Notes: generated by a model not told the origin, from the sequence alone. A stretch of DNA of 64,000 nucleotides from an uncultured Gemmatimonadales bacterium (GCA_963716255.1 OY970303.1:5184001-5248000), one strand, 5' to 3'; shown: positions 1-10,002, counted from the first letter of the stretch. Translations and numbers: made by a program.

Positions 1-581
1 ATCACTGGACGTACAGCGCGGTCGATCAGCAGCAGACGTTCGAGGGGCTGCTGACGGCGGTGAGCACGTCGCCCTCCGGCATCCAGCTCCCGATGAACGG
101 CCCGGCGGCGGGCGATGCCTCGGCGGACGCGCTCGTGGCCGACGCCGGCGCGATGGGCTACACGGCGATGGACCACGCGCTGCTGAACGGCGATTCCACC
201 GTCTCCTGGTACCGCGGGCCGCTGCTGCCGCTGGGCACGCCGCGGTTCGTGGCGCCGCCGTACGCCGCCGCCTCGCCGCTGCTGCGGTACGACCCCACGA
301 CGGGGATGTTCGACGTCACGTACGCCGCCGCCTGGTCGCTGGGCCGGCTGCTGGCGCTGCGCGACAACGCGTTCGCCACGGCGCTATACCGCTGGAAGCT
401 CACGCAGGCGCGCTCGGCCGTGGCCGCGCTGGAGACGGCGCTGCTGGACGAGACGCTGGGCGATCTCCTGCCGCTCGCCGCCGGCACCGCGGGCGAGGCG
501 CGCCGGGCCCGCTTCGCCGCCGCGGCGGCCAGGGTGGCCGCGCCGGCCGCCGCCCGCCTTGCCGCCGACTCCGCACCCTGA
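1..581 (+). CDS. Conserved hypothetical protein, 5' end outside the window
   Basis: Frame open from position 3 to TGA 579-581 with GC-rich third positions; motif-like blocks SWYRGPL and FDVTYAAAWSLGRLLAL. Confidence 0.8.
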   Translation, partial: HWTYSAVDQQQTFEGLLTAVSTSPSGIQLPMNGPAAGDASADALVADAGAMGYTAMDHALLNGDSTVSWYRGPLLPLGTPRFVAPPYAAASPLLRYDPTTGMFDVTYAAAWSLGRLLALRDNAFATALYRWKLTQARSAVAALETALLDETLGDLLPLAAGTAGEARRARFAAAAARVAAPAAARLAADSAP

Positions 582-588
582 GGACGCC

Positions 589-1488
589 GTGGCCCGACAG
601 CTTCCCCGCATCGACCTCCGCTCGCGCGCGCTGCGCCTGGACCCGGCGCCCCCGGTCGCCGTGGACGCCGCCCAGGGGAGCGACCTGCCGCTCGTGGTTG
701 CCTGGATGACGCGGCTGCACCTGCTGCACGGCGTCCCGTTCAACTACCTGGTGCCCGACGAGCGGATGCTCCCGGCGGAGTCGCTCCGCTTCTTCCGGCT
801 GGACGAGAACTGGATGGGCGCCCTGCTGGACGGCGCCTACTCCATCGGCTTCGCGGGCGCCGCCGAGCCCACCTCCCGGGCCGCGCGCCCGCAGGTGATG
901 GCCGCCGCGCGCGTCGCCACCCCCCGCGTCCGTCAGGACCTCCTCGCGGCGCCGCGGACGATGGCGGCGACATCGTCCATCGTCGCGCGGGACGAGCCGA
1001 CCGGCGGAGGCGGCCCGGTGAGCGGCTTCCTCCTCCGCTCCGCCGTGGTGGCGGGATGGCCGGGCGTGGAGGTGCGCGGCTGGGCCGACGCCGCGGGCAC
1101 GCAGCCGCTGGCCCTGCTGCGGCTGGAGGCGGTCGCTCCCTCGCTCCTCCTCTGTCTGTTCGACGGCGTGGCGGCGGCGGTGGAGCTGCGCGAGCCGGCC
1201 GAGGCGCTGCACTTCGGCGTGGAGGCGGCGGAGGGCGGCTGGCAGAAGGCCACGCGCTACGCCGCCCCCGTGGACGGCCACGCGGCGGGCGACTTCACCG
1301 GCGTGACGGTGGCCGTGCCCCTGCGCTCGGCGGAGACGGGGGTGGTGGACGTGTCCACCCTCGCCACGGTGCTGGGGGGCGCGGCATTCGGCGGGTCGCC
1401 GCCGGAGAATGCCGTGTTCACGGCCGCCGAGTTCGGGCTGGAGATGGTGGAGGGCGTGCAGGTGGTTCGCTTCCAGGCGGACGGCTGA
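589..1488 (+). CDS. Conserved hypothetical protein
   Basis: GTG at 589 after GAGGA; blocks GVPFNYLVPDERMLPAESLRFF and SGFLLRSAVVAGWPG; co-oriented with neighbours. Confidence 0.8.
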   Translation: MARQLPRIDLRSRALRLDPAPPVAVDAAQGSDLPLVVAWMTRLHLLHGVPFNYLVPDERMLPAESLRFFRLDENWMGALLDGAYSIGFAGAAEPTSRAARPQVMAAARVATPRVRQDLLAAPRTMAATSSIVARDEPTGGGGPVSGFLLRSAVVAGWPGVEVRGWADAAGTQPLALLRLEAVAPSLLLCLFDGVAAAVELREPAEALHFGVEAAEGGWQKATRYAAPVDGHAAGDFTGVTVAVPLRSAETGVVDVSTLATVLGGAAFGGSPPENAVFTAAEFGLEMVEGVQVVRFQADG

Positions 1489-1564
1489 CGCGCGAGTGAC
1501 CGACCGGAGAGAGGCCGCCCTCCGCGCCCTCCCGAGAACCCGAACCGGGACGTCCCGGCCCCGA

Positions 1565-4500
1565 ATGCCCGATCCCACGCTCCTCGTCCCCATCCGCGTC
1601 TCCGCCCTGTGCGTGGGAGCGCCCGACGCCCAGCAGGCCCTCGGCCAGCCGCCGATGGCGGACTTCGCGCACCTGCCGTACGCGACGGGCGGCACGGTGC
1701 ACAACCGCGGCCCCTACACGGCCGGCCGCGCCACCGCCGCCGCCGCCCCGTTCAAGGGCGCGGCCGAGCTGCCGGCGGGCGTGCACCTCCACTGGTCGCT
1801 CCCCGAGGGGCTGTCGCACGCCGTCGCCTCCGGGCCGGGGGAGGGGTCGCGCTTCCCCGCCGTGCCCTCGCGCTGGATGGTGGTGCGCGTGGCCGTGGAC
1901 GCGCAGGGCGGCTACACGACGGCGTCGTGGGTGGTGGAGAGCGACCGGCTCTCCGTCTCCGCCACGGTTCCGCCGGGGATGGCGCAGCCCACCGTTCCGT
2001 GGGGCGCGCAGCCGGGCCAGGGCTTCCGCTACCTCGGCCAGGCGTTCGACGCGGCCACCTGGGCGGAGTCGAGCACGTCGGTGGATCGCCTGTCGCCGCT
2101 CACCGCCGTGGGCTACGGCGAGCCGACGTTCGCGTCATACTATCCCAATTGCAGCAGCGTCTTCGGGTTCCATGATCCCATGTCGGGATACACCGCCGGC
2201 ACGACCCTCACCTACTACGTCGCGGGGTGGTACGGCGACGTCGGCGACGATCCGCTCTCGGCCGGCGGCGTGGCGCCCGGCGACAACCCGTACGGCTGGA
2301 CGTGGACGGGCGGCGAGACCCCCACGCGCACCCTCTGCACGGGAGCCGTGGGCGATTTCGCCTGGTCGTCGGGGACGGCGTACCTGAGCCGGGCGCCGTC
2401 CGCGCTGACGGCCGCCGTGGCCGCGTCGCCGCAGGAGGCCCTCTCCGCGCTGATGGCGGACGCACTGGCCGCCGCGTATCCGGACCAGGACTTCTCCAGC
2501 GCCGAGCCGCTGCTGAACGCGCTCCAGTTCGGCCTGCTGGCGCGCCCCGTCACGCCGGATTCGCTGGAGGCGTTCGAGGAGGCCGTGCACGCCGCCGGTT
2601 TCGGCGCGCTGGACGGCGGCGTCGTGTGGTCCGTCGTCCCCGCCGATTCCAGCGGGGACGCCGGCGAGGGCTCCGAGGCCACGCTCCCCGCCGGCCAGGG
2701 CGCGATGCTGGACAGTCTCAACGACCTCGAGTACCGGCTGTCCGACCTGGGACGCGAGCTGGCCGGGCGGCGGCAGCAGCTGTTCGTCGACTGGCAGAAG
2801 TACCTCGTGACGGCGTACGAGCCCCTGCGCGCGCCGCCCACCCTCCGCGTGCGCCTCACCGACGTCATGGCGTACGTGGAGGACGAGGTCGCCGCGATCA
2901 CGGCCATCGCGGGGCTCGGCGGCGCGATGGACACGCTCCAGGCGCAGGTCGATGCGGCGAGCGCCACGCTGGCCGCCGTCCTGGATCCGTCGCTGCGGCT
3001 GGCGCGGACCGCGCTGGCGCCGCGTTTCCATCGTCCGGCCGACCCCGTCCTCGTCCTCTCCGGCGCCGACGTGGCGCCGCGCGGCCATCCCCGGACGCTG
3101 GGAGAGAGCGGCGGCTTCCTCCGCTGCCGCACCGCGAGCCAGCTCGTGACGCGTCTCACGGTCGCCGACGGGCTGCTGCCGGGGAGCGCGGCGGAGTCGG
3201 TGTCCGCCTCGCAGATGCCGGCCGTGCCCGTCCAGCCGTCCACCGTGCCGTCCGACGCGTTCCAGGGGGCGTTCGCGGATGCGTTCTTCCTGAACCCGGG
3301 GCTCCAGGCGCGCGTCGCCAAGCTCGTGGACTACCCGGGCGGCTCCACCAACCCGGCGCACATGGACTTCGCGGCTACGGAGGCTGCCCTGCGCGCCGCC
3401 GCCGCCGCCTTCGTGGCGGGCAAGACGCCGCAGGGCGTGGCCTACGACGGCGACCCGTCCGCGCCCCGCGCCGTGAGCGGGTGGACGGGCACGCCGTGGG
3501 AGCCCCTCCTCCTCGAGTACGACGTGTCGTTCGGCCCCGTGCAGGAGGTGCTGCCGTCGGGCGGCACGTTCCAGTATCCGCCCGACTACCTGCTGCAGGA
3601 CTTCGCGTTCGACGAGGATTCCATCGACCTCGTCTACCAGGGCGCGGCGCCCACGGCGGGACAGCGGTACGTGGGGAGCGCCGTGCTCTCGGCGGGCGCG
3701 GCCACGGACCTGGCGGGCGCGCTGCGGCGGTGGATCGCCGGCACGGGGAGCGATGACCCGCGCGTGGCGGAGGCGCTGGACGCGGTGACGCGGATGCCGT
3801 TGCTGGCGCAGGGGATGGCCGGCATGGGCGCGGAGATGACGATGCGCCGCCAGGCCCTTCAGATGACGGTGTCCGACCCGCTGGCGCCCGAGCCCGTGCA
3901 GGCCTTCGTCGCCCGTGTCCGCGACGCCGTGGGCGACGAGACGGCGTTCTCCCCGCTGCCGGAGGTGAGCTTCAACCCCGTGCGCGCGGGCACGCTCTCC
4001 GTCGTGCGGCTGCGGCTGCTGGACACCTTCGGGCGGACGATGGAGTACACCGCGCCCCGCGTGGTCGTGGCGCGCGGCCTGGTGCCGGAGCCGGAGCTCG
4101 GCCTTCCCTCCGGCACGGCGTTCCTGCCGCCGCGCGTGGTGCAGCCGTCGCGCCTGCTCTTCCGCTGGATGTCGGCCGCCGGCGCCGCGGAGAGCACGGC
4201 GGTACCCGCCACGTCGCCCGTTCTGGGGTGGGTCATCCCCGACTACCTGGACCGCTCGCTGGCCCTGTACTCGTCGGAAGGCGCGCCGCTGGGCACGCTC
4301 GGCCTCTCGGCGGACGGCGCGACGGTGCTTTGGGTCGCCGCGCCGGGCGGCGGCTGGCCGCTGGGCACGCCGCTGTCCACCGTGATGGCGGGGCAGGACG
4401 CGGAGCTGGCCGCGTTCGCGCGGGCGCTGCAGGAGGGCGGCGCGGCCTACTTCGCCCCGTTCTTCCAGGCCGTGCGCGACGCCCTCGCCTTCTCCCTCCC

Positions 4501-5251
4501 CGAGCGTTTCCGCGAGGGCGTGGGGACGGCCGTGCTCCTGGGGCAGCCGCTGGCGCTGGCCCGCGCCTCCCTCACGCTGTCGCTGGACGGACCGCCGCCC
4601 GCCGATGCCTCGTGGGCGTCGTTCACGGCGGCCGTGCTGGGCAGCGAATCGCTCCCCACCGCGCCGGACGGCGGGCTCACGCAGCTGCGCGTTCCCGTGC
4701 GCCTGGGCGCGCCCGGCCGCCTGGGCGACACGCTCGTGGGATACTGGACGGCGCCCGGCGGAAGCACCGACTGGGCCTCGTTCTACGCCCCCGCCGCCTC
4801 GTCCTGGGACGGACCCGTGGGCCCGCCGTCGCTCGACACCGTCACCCTCGCGCCGCGCGCCGACTCCGCCGCCGACGCCGTGGTGACGATGCTGCTGGAT
4901 CCGCGCGGCGCCGTGCACGCCACCACGGGCCTCCTCCCCGTGGACGCCGTCTCCCTTCCCCCGTCGCAGTACGCGGACGCGATGCGGCAGCTGGCCGTGG
5001 CGTTCGCGGCGGGACCCGTCCTCTCCGGCAGCAACGCGCCGGCCGAGGGCGACGGCCCGCCGCCCATGACGCTCGTGCGCCCGCGGGTGGCGTCGGGCGC
5101 GTGGACGTGGGTGACGGTGGACCGCGGCGCGTGGGCCTCCGTGCCGCTGGACGACGCCCCGAGCGCCGCCGGCACCCTCTCGTACTCGCCGCAGCGCGTC
5201 TCCGACGGCTGGATGGTCCTCACCGGGCCCGGCACCTCTTCCTCCTCCTGA
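1565..5251 (+). CDS. Large (~1228 aa) conserved hypothetical protein
   Basis: ATG 1565; long ORF with typical codon bias; blocks GVHLHWSLP, PAVPSRWMVVR, WVVESD, MLLDPRGAVHATTGLLP. Confidence 0.85.
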   Translation: MPDPTLLVPIRVSALCVGAPDAQQALGQPPMADFAHLPYATGGTVHNRGPYTAGRATAAAAPFKGAAELPAGVHLHWSLPEGLSHAVASGPGEGSRFPAVPSRWMVVRVAVDAQGGYTTASWVVESDRLSVSATVPPGMAQPTVPWGAQPGQGFRYLGQAFDAATWAESSTSVDRLSPLTAVGYGEPTFASYYPNCSSVFGFHDPMSGYTAGTTLTYYVAGWYGDVGDDPLSAGGVAPGDNPYGWTWTGGETPTRTLCTGAVGDFAWSSGTAYLSRAPSALTAAVAASPQEALSALMADALAAAYPDQDFSSAEPLLNALQFGLLARPVTPDSLEAFEEAVHAAGFGALDGGVVWSVVPADSSGDAGEGSEATLPAGQGAMLDSLNDLEYRLSDLGRELAGRRQQLFVDWQKYLVTAYEPLRAPPTLRVRLTDVMAYVEDEVAAITAIAGLGGAMDTLQAQVDAASATLAAVLDPSLRLARTALAPRFHRPADPVLVLSGADVAPRGHPRTLGESGGFLRCRTASQLVTRLTVADGLLPGSAAESVSASQMPAVPVQPSTVPSDAFQGAFADAFFLNPGLQARVAKLVDYPGGSTNPAHMDFAATEAALRAAAAAFVAGKTPQGVAYDGDPSAPRAVSGWTGTPWEPLLLEYDVSFGPVQEVLPSGGTFQYPPDYLLQDFAFDEDSIDLVYQGAAPTAGQRYVGSAVLSAGAATDLAGALRRWIAGTGSDDPRVAEALDAVTRMPLLAQGMAGMGAEMTMRRQALQMTVSDPLAPEPVQAFVARVRDAVGDETAFSPLPEVSFNPVRAGTLSVVRLRLLDTFGRTMEYTAPRVVVARGLVPEPELGLPSGTAFLPPRVVQPSRLLFRWMSAAGAAESTAVPATSPVLGWVIPDYLDRSLALYSSEGAPLGTLGLSADGATVLWVAAPGGGWPLGTPLSTVMAGQDAELAAFARALQEGGAAYFAPFFQAVRDALAFSLPERFREGVGTAVLLGQPLALARASLTLSLDGPPPADASWASFTAAVLGSESLPTAPDGGLTQLRVPVRLGAPGRLGDTLVGYWTAPGGSTDWASFYAPAASSWDGPVGPPSLDTVTLAPRADSAADAVVTMLLDPRGAVHATTGLLPVDAVSLPPSQYADAMRQLAVAFAAGPVLSGSNAPAEGDGPPPMTLVRPRVASGAWTWVTVDRGAWASVPLDDAPSAAGTLSYSPQRVSDGWMVLTGPGTSSSS

Positions 5252-5270
5252 CGCGACGCGAGCCCCGACC

Positions 5271-6992
5271 ATGCCCAACCGCCGCCTCTACATGGGCACC
5301 GAGGTGCAGACGCTGGCCGCCGGCTGGCTGAACGACGACGGCACCGCGACCCTCTACCTCTCCAGCGACCCCGCCGACAACGGGGGCACGCTGCTGCTGG
5401 CCAACCACACCACCGGCCCCGTGGCCGTCCCCGCCGGGAGCCCCGTGGCGTACGGGAGCGCGCCCGCGGGCGCCGGCGTGCTGTACCTGTACTTCAACGG
5501 GCTGCTGACGAACGACCATGTGCGCGCCGTCTCGGTGGACGCGCCGGGGTGGTCGTCGGCCGTGTTCACGGACGCGGCGACGGAGCTCGCGTACCTGGCG
5601 ATGGCGCCGTCGCAGGCGGTGACGATGGTCGCGAACGGGGGCACGCTGTCGCTCCGGCTGTCCGGCGTCACGGCCACGGGCTCGCCGCGCGTGGGCAACC
5701 TCACGCTGGCGCTGGACGGGCTCACCGGCGCGCCCGCGTACTCGTCCATCCGGTCGATCTTCGTGAACGTGGCCGCCACGCCGCAGGGCGGGAACCGGCG
5801 GCTGGAATTGCTGACGGAGTTCGTGGGGCAGGACTTCGTCTTCAACGACGACACGGTGAACGAGCTGCTGCTGGTGCTCACCAACCCTTCGTCGCAGCCG
5901 CTGGTGCCCGGGGGCGCGCCGGACTGGGGCGGCGACCCGCCCACCTTCACCTTCTCGTTCGTCTTCGCCGCCGAGGGGCAGAACGAGGCCGGCGCGCTCA
6001 CGGACCTGGGCCGCGCCGCCGGGCTGTCGGTGACGCTGACGGGCGACTACGGCAACGCGTGGCAGCCGGTGGCCAAGGTGACCGATGGCACCACGCCCGT
6101 GTGGGTTGCGCGGCCGGACCCGAACGGCGGCGGCACCGTGCTGGGCACGGGCGCCAACGCCTCCGTCTCGTTCCGCATCTCCGGGCTGACGACCACGCAG
6201 CCGAAGGGCGCCACCTACCTGTACGTGTCGTACGCGAACGTGCCGGGCTACGACGACGGCTACTTCGCGGTGGAGATCGTGAAGGTGCCGCCCGTGAGCG
6301 TGTCCCTCGACGCGTCGCCGGCGTCGTTCGCGAACGTCGCCTCCGCGCAGCAGACCCAGCTCACGTGGAGGGTGTCGAACGCCACCTACGCCACCGTCAC
6401 GAACACCTCGTTCGCGCAGGCGGTGCCGCTGGAGGAGGGGTCGGGGGTGATCGACGTGAGCGTGGCGGCCACCACGGTGTTCACGCTGATCGCCAGCAAC
6501 CACTACACGGGGCAGACGGTGGCCACCACCGCCACCGTCACGGTGACGCCCGACTCGTTCGGCCTCCTCCCCATCGGAACCATCGTGATGTGGTCCGGCC
6601 CGGTCGATTCCCCGCCGCCGGGATGGCGCCTCTGCGACGGGACGAACGGCACGCCCGACCTCGTCACCCGGTTCATCCTGGGCGCGGGGAAGACGGAGAC
6701 CATGACCGGGACCTCGGGGGGCTCGGCATCCCACAAGCACACGGGTTCGGCGGTGGTGACGGTGGCCAGCGCGGGCCAGCACTCGCACGGGATGCCGTCG
6801 GACTGGTGGAGCAACTCGGCCAGCAGCGGCAGCGGCGTGACCGTGGTGGACCGCGACGCGAAGAGCATCACCGACGCGCGCACGCAGTCGGCCGGCGACC
6901 ACACGCACTCGGCGAGCGCCTCGGTCACGGTGAACAGGGCCAAATCGATGCCGCCGTGGTACGCGCTGGCCTTCATCATCAAGTACATGTGA
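5271..6992 (+). CDS. Protein with C-terminal phage tail collar / tail-fibre tip domain
   Basis: PIGTIVMWSG..PPGWRLCDGTNGTPDL..RFILGAG collar motif; three HxH motifs (HKH, HSH, HTH); terminal MPPWYALAFIIK. Confidence 0.8.
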   Translation: MPNRRLYMGTEVQTLAAGWLNDDGTATLYLSSDPADNGGTLLLANHTTGPVAVPAGSPVAYGSAPAGAGVLYLYFNGLLTNDHVRAVSVDAPGWSSAVFTDAATELAYLAMAPSQAVTMVANGGTLSLRLSGVTATGSPRVGNLTLALDGLTGAPAYSSIRSIFVNVAATPQGGNRRLELLTEFVGQDFVFNDDTVNELLLVLTNPSSQPLVPGGAPDWGGDPPTFTFSFVFAAEGQNEAGALTDLGRAAGLSVTLTGDYGNAWQPVAKVTDGTTPVWVARPDPNGGGTVLGTGANASVSFRISGLTTTQPKGATYLYVSYANVPGYDDGYFAVEIVKVPPVSVSLDASPASFANVASAQQTQLTWRVSNATYATVTNTSFAQAVPLEEGSGVIDVSVAATTVFTLIASNHYTGQTVATTATVTVTPDSFGLLPIGTIVMWSGPVDSPPPGWRLCDGTNGTPDLVTRFILGAGKTETMTGTSGGSASHKHTGSAVVTVASAGQHSHGMPSDWWSNSASSGSGVTVVDRDAKSITDARTQSAGDHTHSASASVTVNRAKSMPPWYALAFIIKYM

Positions 6993-6994
6993 GA

Positions 6995-8137
6995 ATGGCG
7001 GTTCCGGAGATGCCGGCGCGCCCGTCCGGCCTGGACGGGGCGCTGGAGGCGGCGCTCTCGGCGCGGGCGGGCGGCGCGGTGCGGGCGACCACGTGGGAGA
7101 GCTTGTCGGCGCGCATCTCGCCCGTGTGGCGGGTGCGGCTGGACGGTCCCGACGGCTCGCCCGCGTCCGTCGTGGTGAAGCACCTCGCCGCGCAGTGGTA
7201 CGGGACGCCGGCGGCGGCCGACGTGCCCCGGGAGTTCCTGGAGGAGGCGGCCGTCTACGAGTTCCTGGAGGAGGGCTGCTCCGGCTTCCGAGACCACGCG
7301 GCGCGACTGGCGTGGCTGGACGACGGCGCGCTGGTGCTGGAGGACCTGGGCGTGGGCGACCGCTCGCTCCCGCCCGCCCGCGCGGGAGATCTGCTGGCCG
7401 CCACCTTCGCGCGCCTGCACGCGGCCACGATGCGCCGCGCCGACTTCCACCGCGCCGCCCGCCGCGCGCACGGGATCGACGTGGACACCCCCGACCTCCG
7501 CTACGACGGCGACGTGGCCGCCGCGCGCCGGTTCGCCCGCGGCGCCGAGACGCTGGCGGGGTGGTGCGAGGCGCTCGCCGTGGCTTCCGCCGAGGAGACG
7601 GCGGCGCTGCTGGCGGCGGTGGAGGCGGCGGTGACGCGGCCGGGTCCGTTCCACGCGCTGATCCACGACGACCTGGCGTCCGCCCGGCAGTGCGTGGTGC
7701 GCGACGGGCGCCTGCTGCTGCTCGACTGGGAGAACGCCAAGCACGCCCACGCCCTGCGCGACCTGGCGAAGGTGCTCGTCGGCAAGTTCGAGCGCAGCCT
7801 CGACACGGGCGAGATGATCCGCGTCTGCCCGGAGATGGAGCCGGGTCTCGCCGATCTGTACCGCTGCGAGCTGGCCCGCGCCGGCGGCCCCGACGTGGAC
7901 GACGCCGTGTGGGGCGAAGCGCTGGGCGGCGCGCTGCTCTACAACACGGTGGTGCAGGTGGGCGCGCTCGTCGGCCTCTACTCCGTGACGGCGGTGACGG
8001 GCCAGGTTCTTCCCAACCTGCGCGGCATCGTGCTCCGGATGGGCGAGGTCCTGCACGGCCATACCGGCTGGGAGGACCCGCGCCGCATTCTCCAGCAGCT
8101 CGCCGCCCGCATCGCCTGCGGAGCGGCGGCCTTCTGA
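6995..8137 (+). CDS. Aminoglycoside/choline phosphotransferase-like (APH fold) kinase
   Basis: SVVVK, LVLEDLG, LARLH-like FARLH, LIHDDL and LLLDWE motifs; starts 2 nt after the previous stop. Confidence 0.7.
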   Translation: MAVPEMPARPSGLDGALEAALSARAGGAVRATTWESLSARISPVWRVRLDGPDGSPASVVVKHLAAQWYGTPAAADVPREFLEEAAVYEFLEEGCSGFRDHAARLAWLDDGALVLEDLGVGDRSLPPARAGDLLAATFARLHAATMRRADFHRAARRAHGIDVDTPDLRYDGDVAAARRFARGAETLAGWCEALAVASAEETAALLAAVEAAVTRPGPFHALIHDDLASARQCVVRDGRLLLLDWENAKHAHALRDLAKVLVGKFERSLDTGEMIRVCPEMEPGLADLYRCELARAGGPDVDDAVWGEALGGALLYNTVVQVGALVGLYSVTAVTGQVLPNLRGIVLRMGEVLHGHTGWEDPRRILQQLAARIACGAAAF

Positions 8138-8148
8138 CACAAGATTCG

Positions 8149-8303
8149 ACGGAAGTGTGTACTGCACGAAACCGACGTCGGTGGCGAACCCAAATTCGGA
8201 AGGAGAGGGCGACGGGGTCGCTCATTCCAGCAACGGGTCGATCGGATACGGGCCACGATCCCTCCCTATCAGAACCTCGCTTTCGCCAAGTACACACTTC
8301 CGT
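8149..8303. repeat. 155-bp element bounded by perfect 15-bp inverted repeats (MITE-like or long hairpin)
   Basis: ACGGAAGTGTGTACT 8149-8163 and AGTACACACTTCCGT 8289-8303; 20/23 match when extended inward. Confidence 0.6.
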
Positions 8304-8514
8304 ACGTCTACGTACCGCCTCACATCCGCAGCGCACCGTCGGACGCAGCTGTGCGCGCCTGGCTCCACCCCGACAAGCACAGGGCCGGCACCCCGGCTCC
8401 CCATAACCGGAGGAACAGCCGGCAGCCTGCCCTCCGGTAGCACGCATCCAGAGCCAGGACCGACTCCGCGCGGCAACGGGTCGATTCCCCTCATAGATCC
8501 GGAAAGGACGATAC

Positions 8515-8949
8515 ATGGGGATGACGAGAGATGGAGGAGTGATAACCCTTGACTACATCCAGCGCTGGGTGATGGGGGCCCGTCCCGGGACGTCGATCCA
8601 GATCGTTTCCATACAGGTCCCCGCGGACGCCCACCAGACTCTGGAGATCGGCGGCGATGTCGACGGAGGAGGGGAAACAACCTGGACCGCCTATCAGGTG
8701 GTGGAGTGGGTCCGCCGGGAATACGGCGATGCCGGTCTGAAGCCCCACGAATGGTCGGCCCTGCTCCAGGGCATCTCCGTCCGCGAGCTCAGGCTGGCAG
8801 TCCAGGCCGGGAGCATCCGGCACCACCGTAAGACCGAAGGGCGCGACCATGGAGCTTCCCTGATCGGCCCGGACGCCATGTGCGACTACCTGCACTGCAG
8901 GCCAGGGACCCGGATGAGGTCTCCAGCGCTGCGGGGCGAGTCCCGGTGA
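8515..8949 (+). CDS. Small protein with possible excisionase-like winged HTH
   Basis: GAAAGGA RBS; segment LKPHEWSALLQGISVRELRLAVQAGSI resembles a Xis/MerR-like HTH; lies just upstream of an integrase remnant. Confidence 0.4.
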   Translation: MGMTRDGGVITLDYIQRWVMGARPGTSIQIVSIQVPADAHQTLEIGGDVDGGGETTWTAYQVVEWVRREYGDAGLKPHEWSALLQGISVRELRLAVQAGSIRHHRKTEGRDHGASLIGPDAMCDYLHCRPGTRMRSPALRGESR

Positions 8950-9077
8950 CTCCGTCCGTGTCCTTCGCGCCGGGCACGAGCCCACTCGGCTACGCCCCCG
9001 GCTGGACTGTGCCATCTCCTCCCCCCCTGCCCGCGGGCGCCCCGCCAGGTGCCGAAAAGGTGCCGCCTCCCCGTCCC

Positions 9078-10002
9078 ATGAACGGGGAACGTGTCCAGCC
9101 CGCGAGAGCCGCGGCGGTGTCCCCGTCCAGCGCAGCACGGGGGGATTCCTTGGCGGACAAGCAGCGGCGCAGAGGCCGCCGGAAGCGGGGACACCGGCCG
9201 ACGACCTTCGCCGACCGGCTCGTCGCGCAGCTCCGCACACGCAAGAACGCGGGCGGAGTTGTGTACGAGCTGGACCTGCGGAACAGGGAGTGGGGCCGCG
9301 ACCCCACGAACGATGACGGTCTTCTGCCCGTCCGACCCGGGGTGGCCGGACTCCGGGCGGACCACGGACGAGTTCGCGGTCGCTGAAGCCTGGGTGCGGA
9401 GCCACTACGTGCCGTTCCTGCAGCAGGGGAATGCCCTCGCCCGCGCGGGCGGTCTCGCCACGCTGCGGGTCAGCGAGGCCGTGGACCGGTACCTCGACCA
9501 CCTGGAGGCGGAGCTCGGCGCGGACCACAACACCGTGGCCAACCGCCGGAGCGTGTGCCGGGTCCACGTAGTGCCCATTCTCGGCTCGCGGCTGCTGGCA
9601 GCGCTGACTCGCGAGGTCGTGCGGGACTTCCTGGAGAACCTGCAGGTGATCCAGAGGGAGGGAGGACGGACGGCTCGACGGCCGGCGAAGTTCCGGACCC
9701 GGACCAACGCGCGGGACACGCTCACCGCCGGGTGGCGCCACGCCTGCCCCGACGAGGATCCGCCGTTCGCCGGCGTCCGGCTCGCGGACCGGGGGGTCGC
9801 GAAGCAGCGGCGGAACGCCGCGCGGGAGGGGAGAATCGAGGAGCTGATGGAGCCGAACGTCTACACGCGCGAGCAGGTGGTCGACATCCTCGCCGCGGCG
9901 AGGTGCTGCACTCGCGGTGGACCTGGTCCGCGTTTCGGACGTGTAGCCCGAAGCTGTTCTCCATCCAGGAGTAGCTGTCGAAGCTGCCACGGTCGTGCCT
10001 GA
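9078..10002 (+). pseudogene. Frameshifted, truncated tyrosine integrase (arm-binding and SAM-like N-terminal part)
   Basis: RVSEAVDRYLDHL...NTVANRRSVCRVHVVPILGSRLLAALTREVVRDFL is a typical integrase core-binding domain; frame change near 9310; similarity ends near VYTREQVVDILAAAR before the catalytic residues. Confidence 0.6.

Noticed and set aside
5271..6992. Tail-fibre gene as evidence of a prophage
   Set aside because: No capsid, portal, terminase, tape-measure or lysis genes recognised in the window
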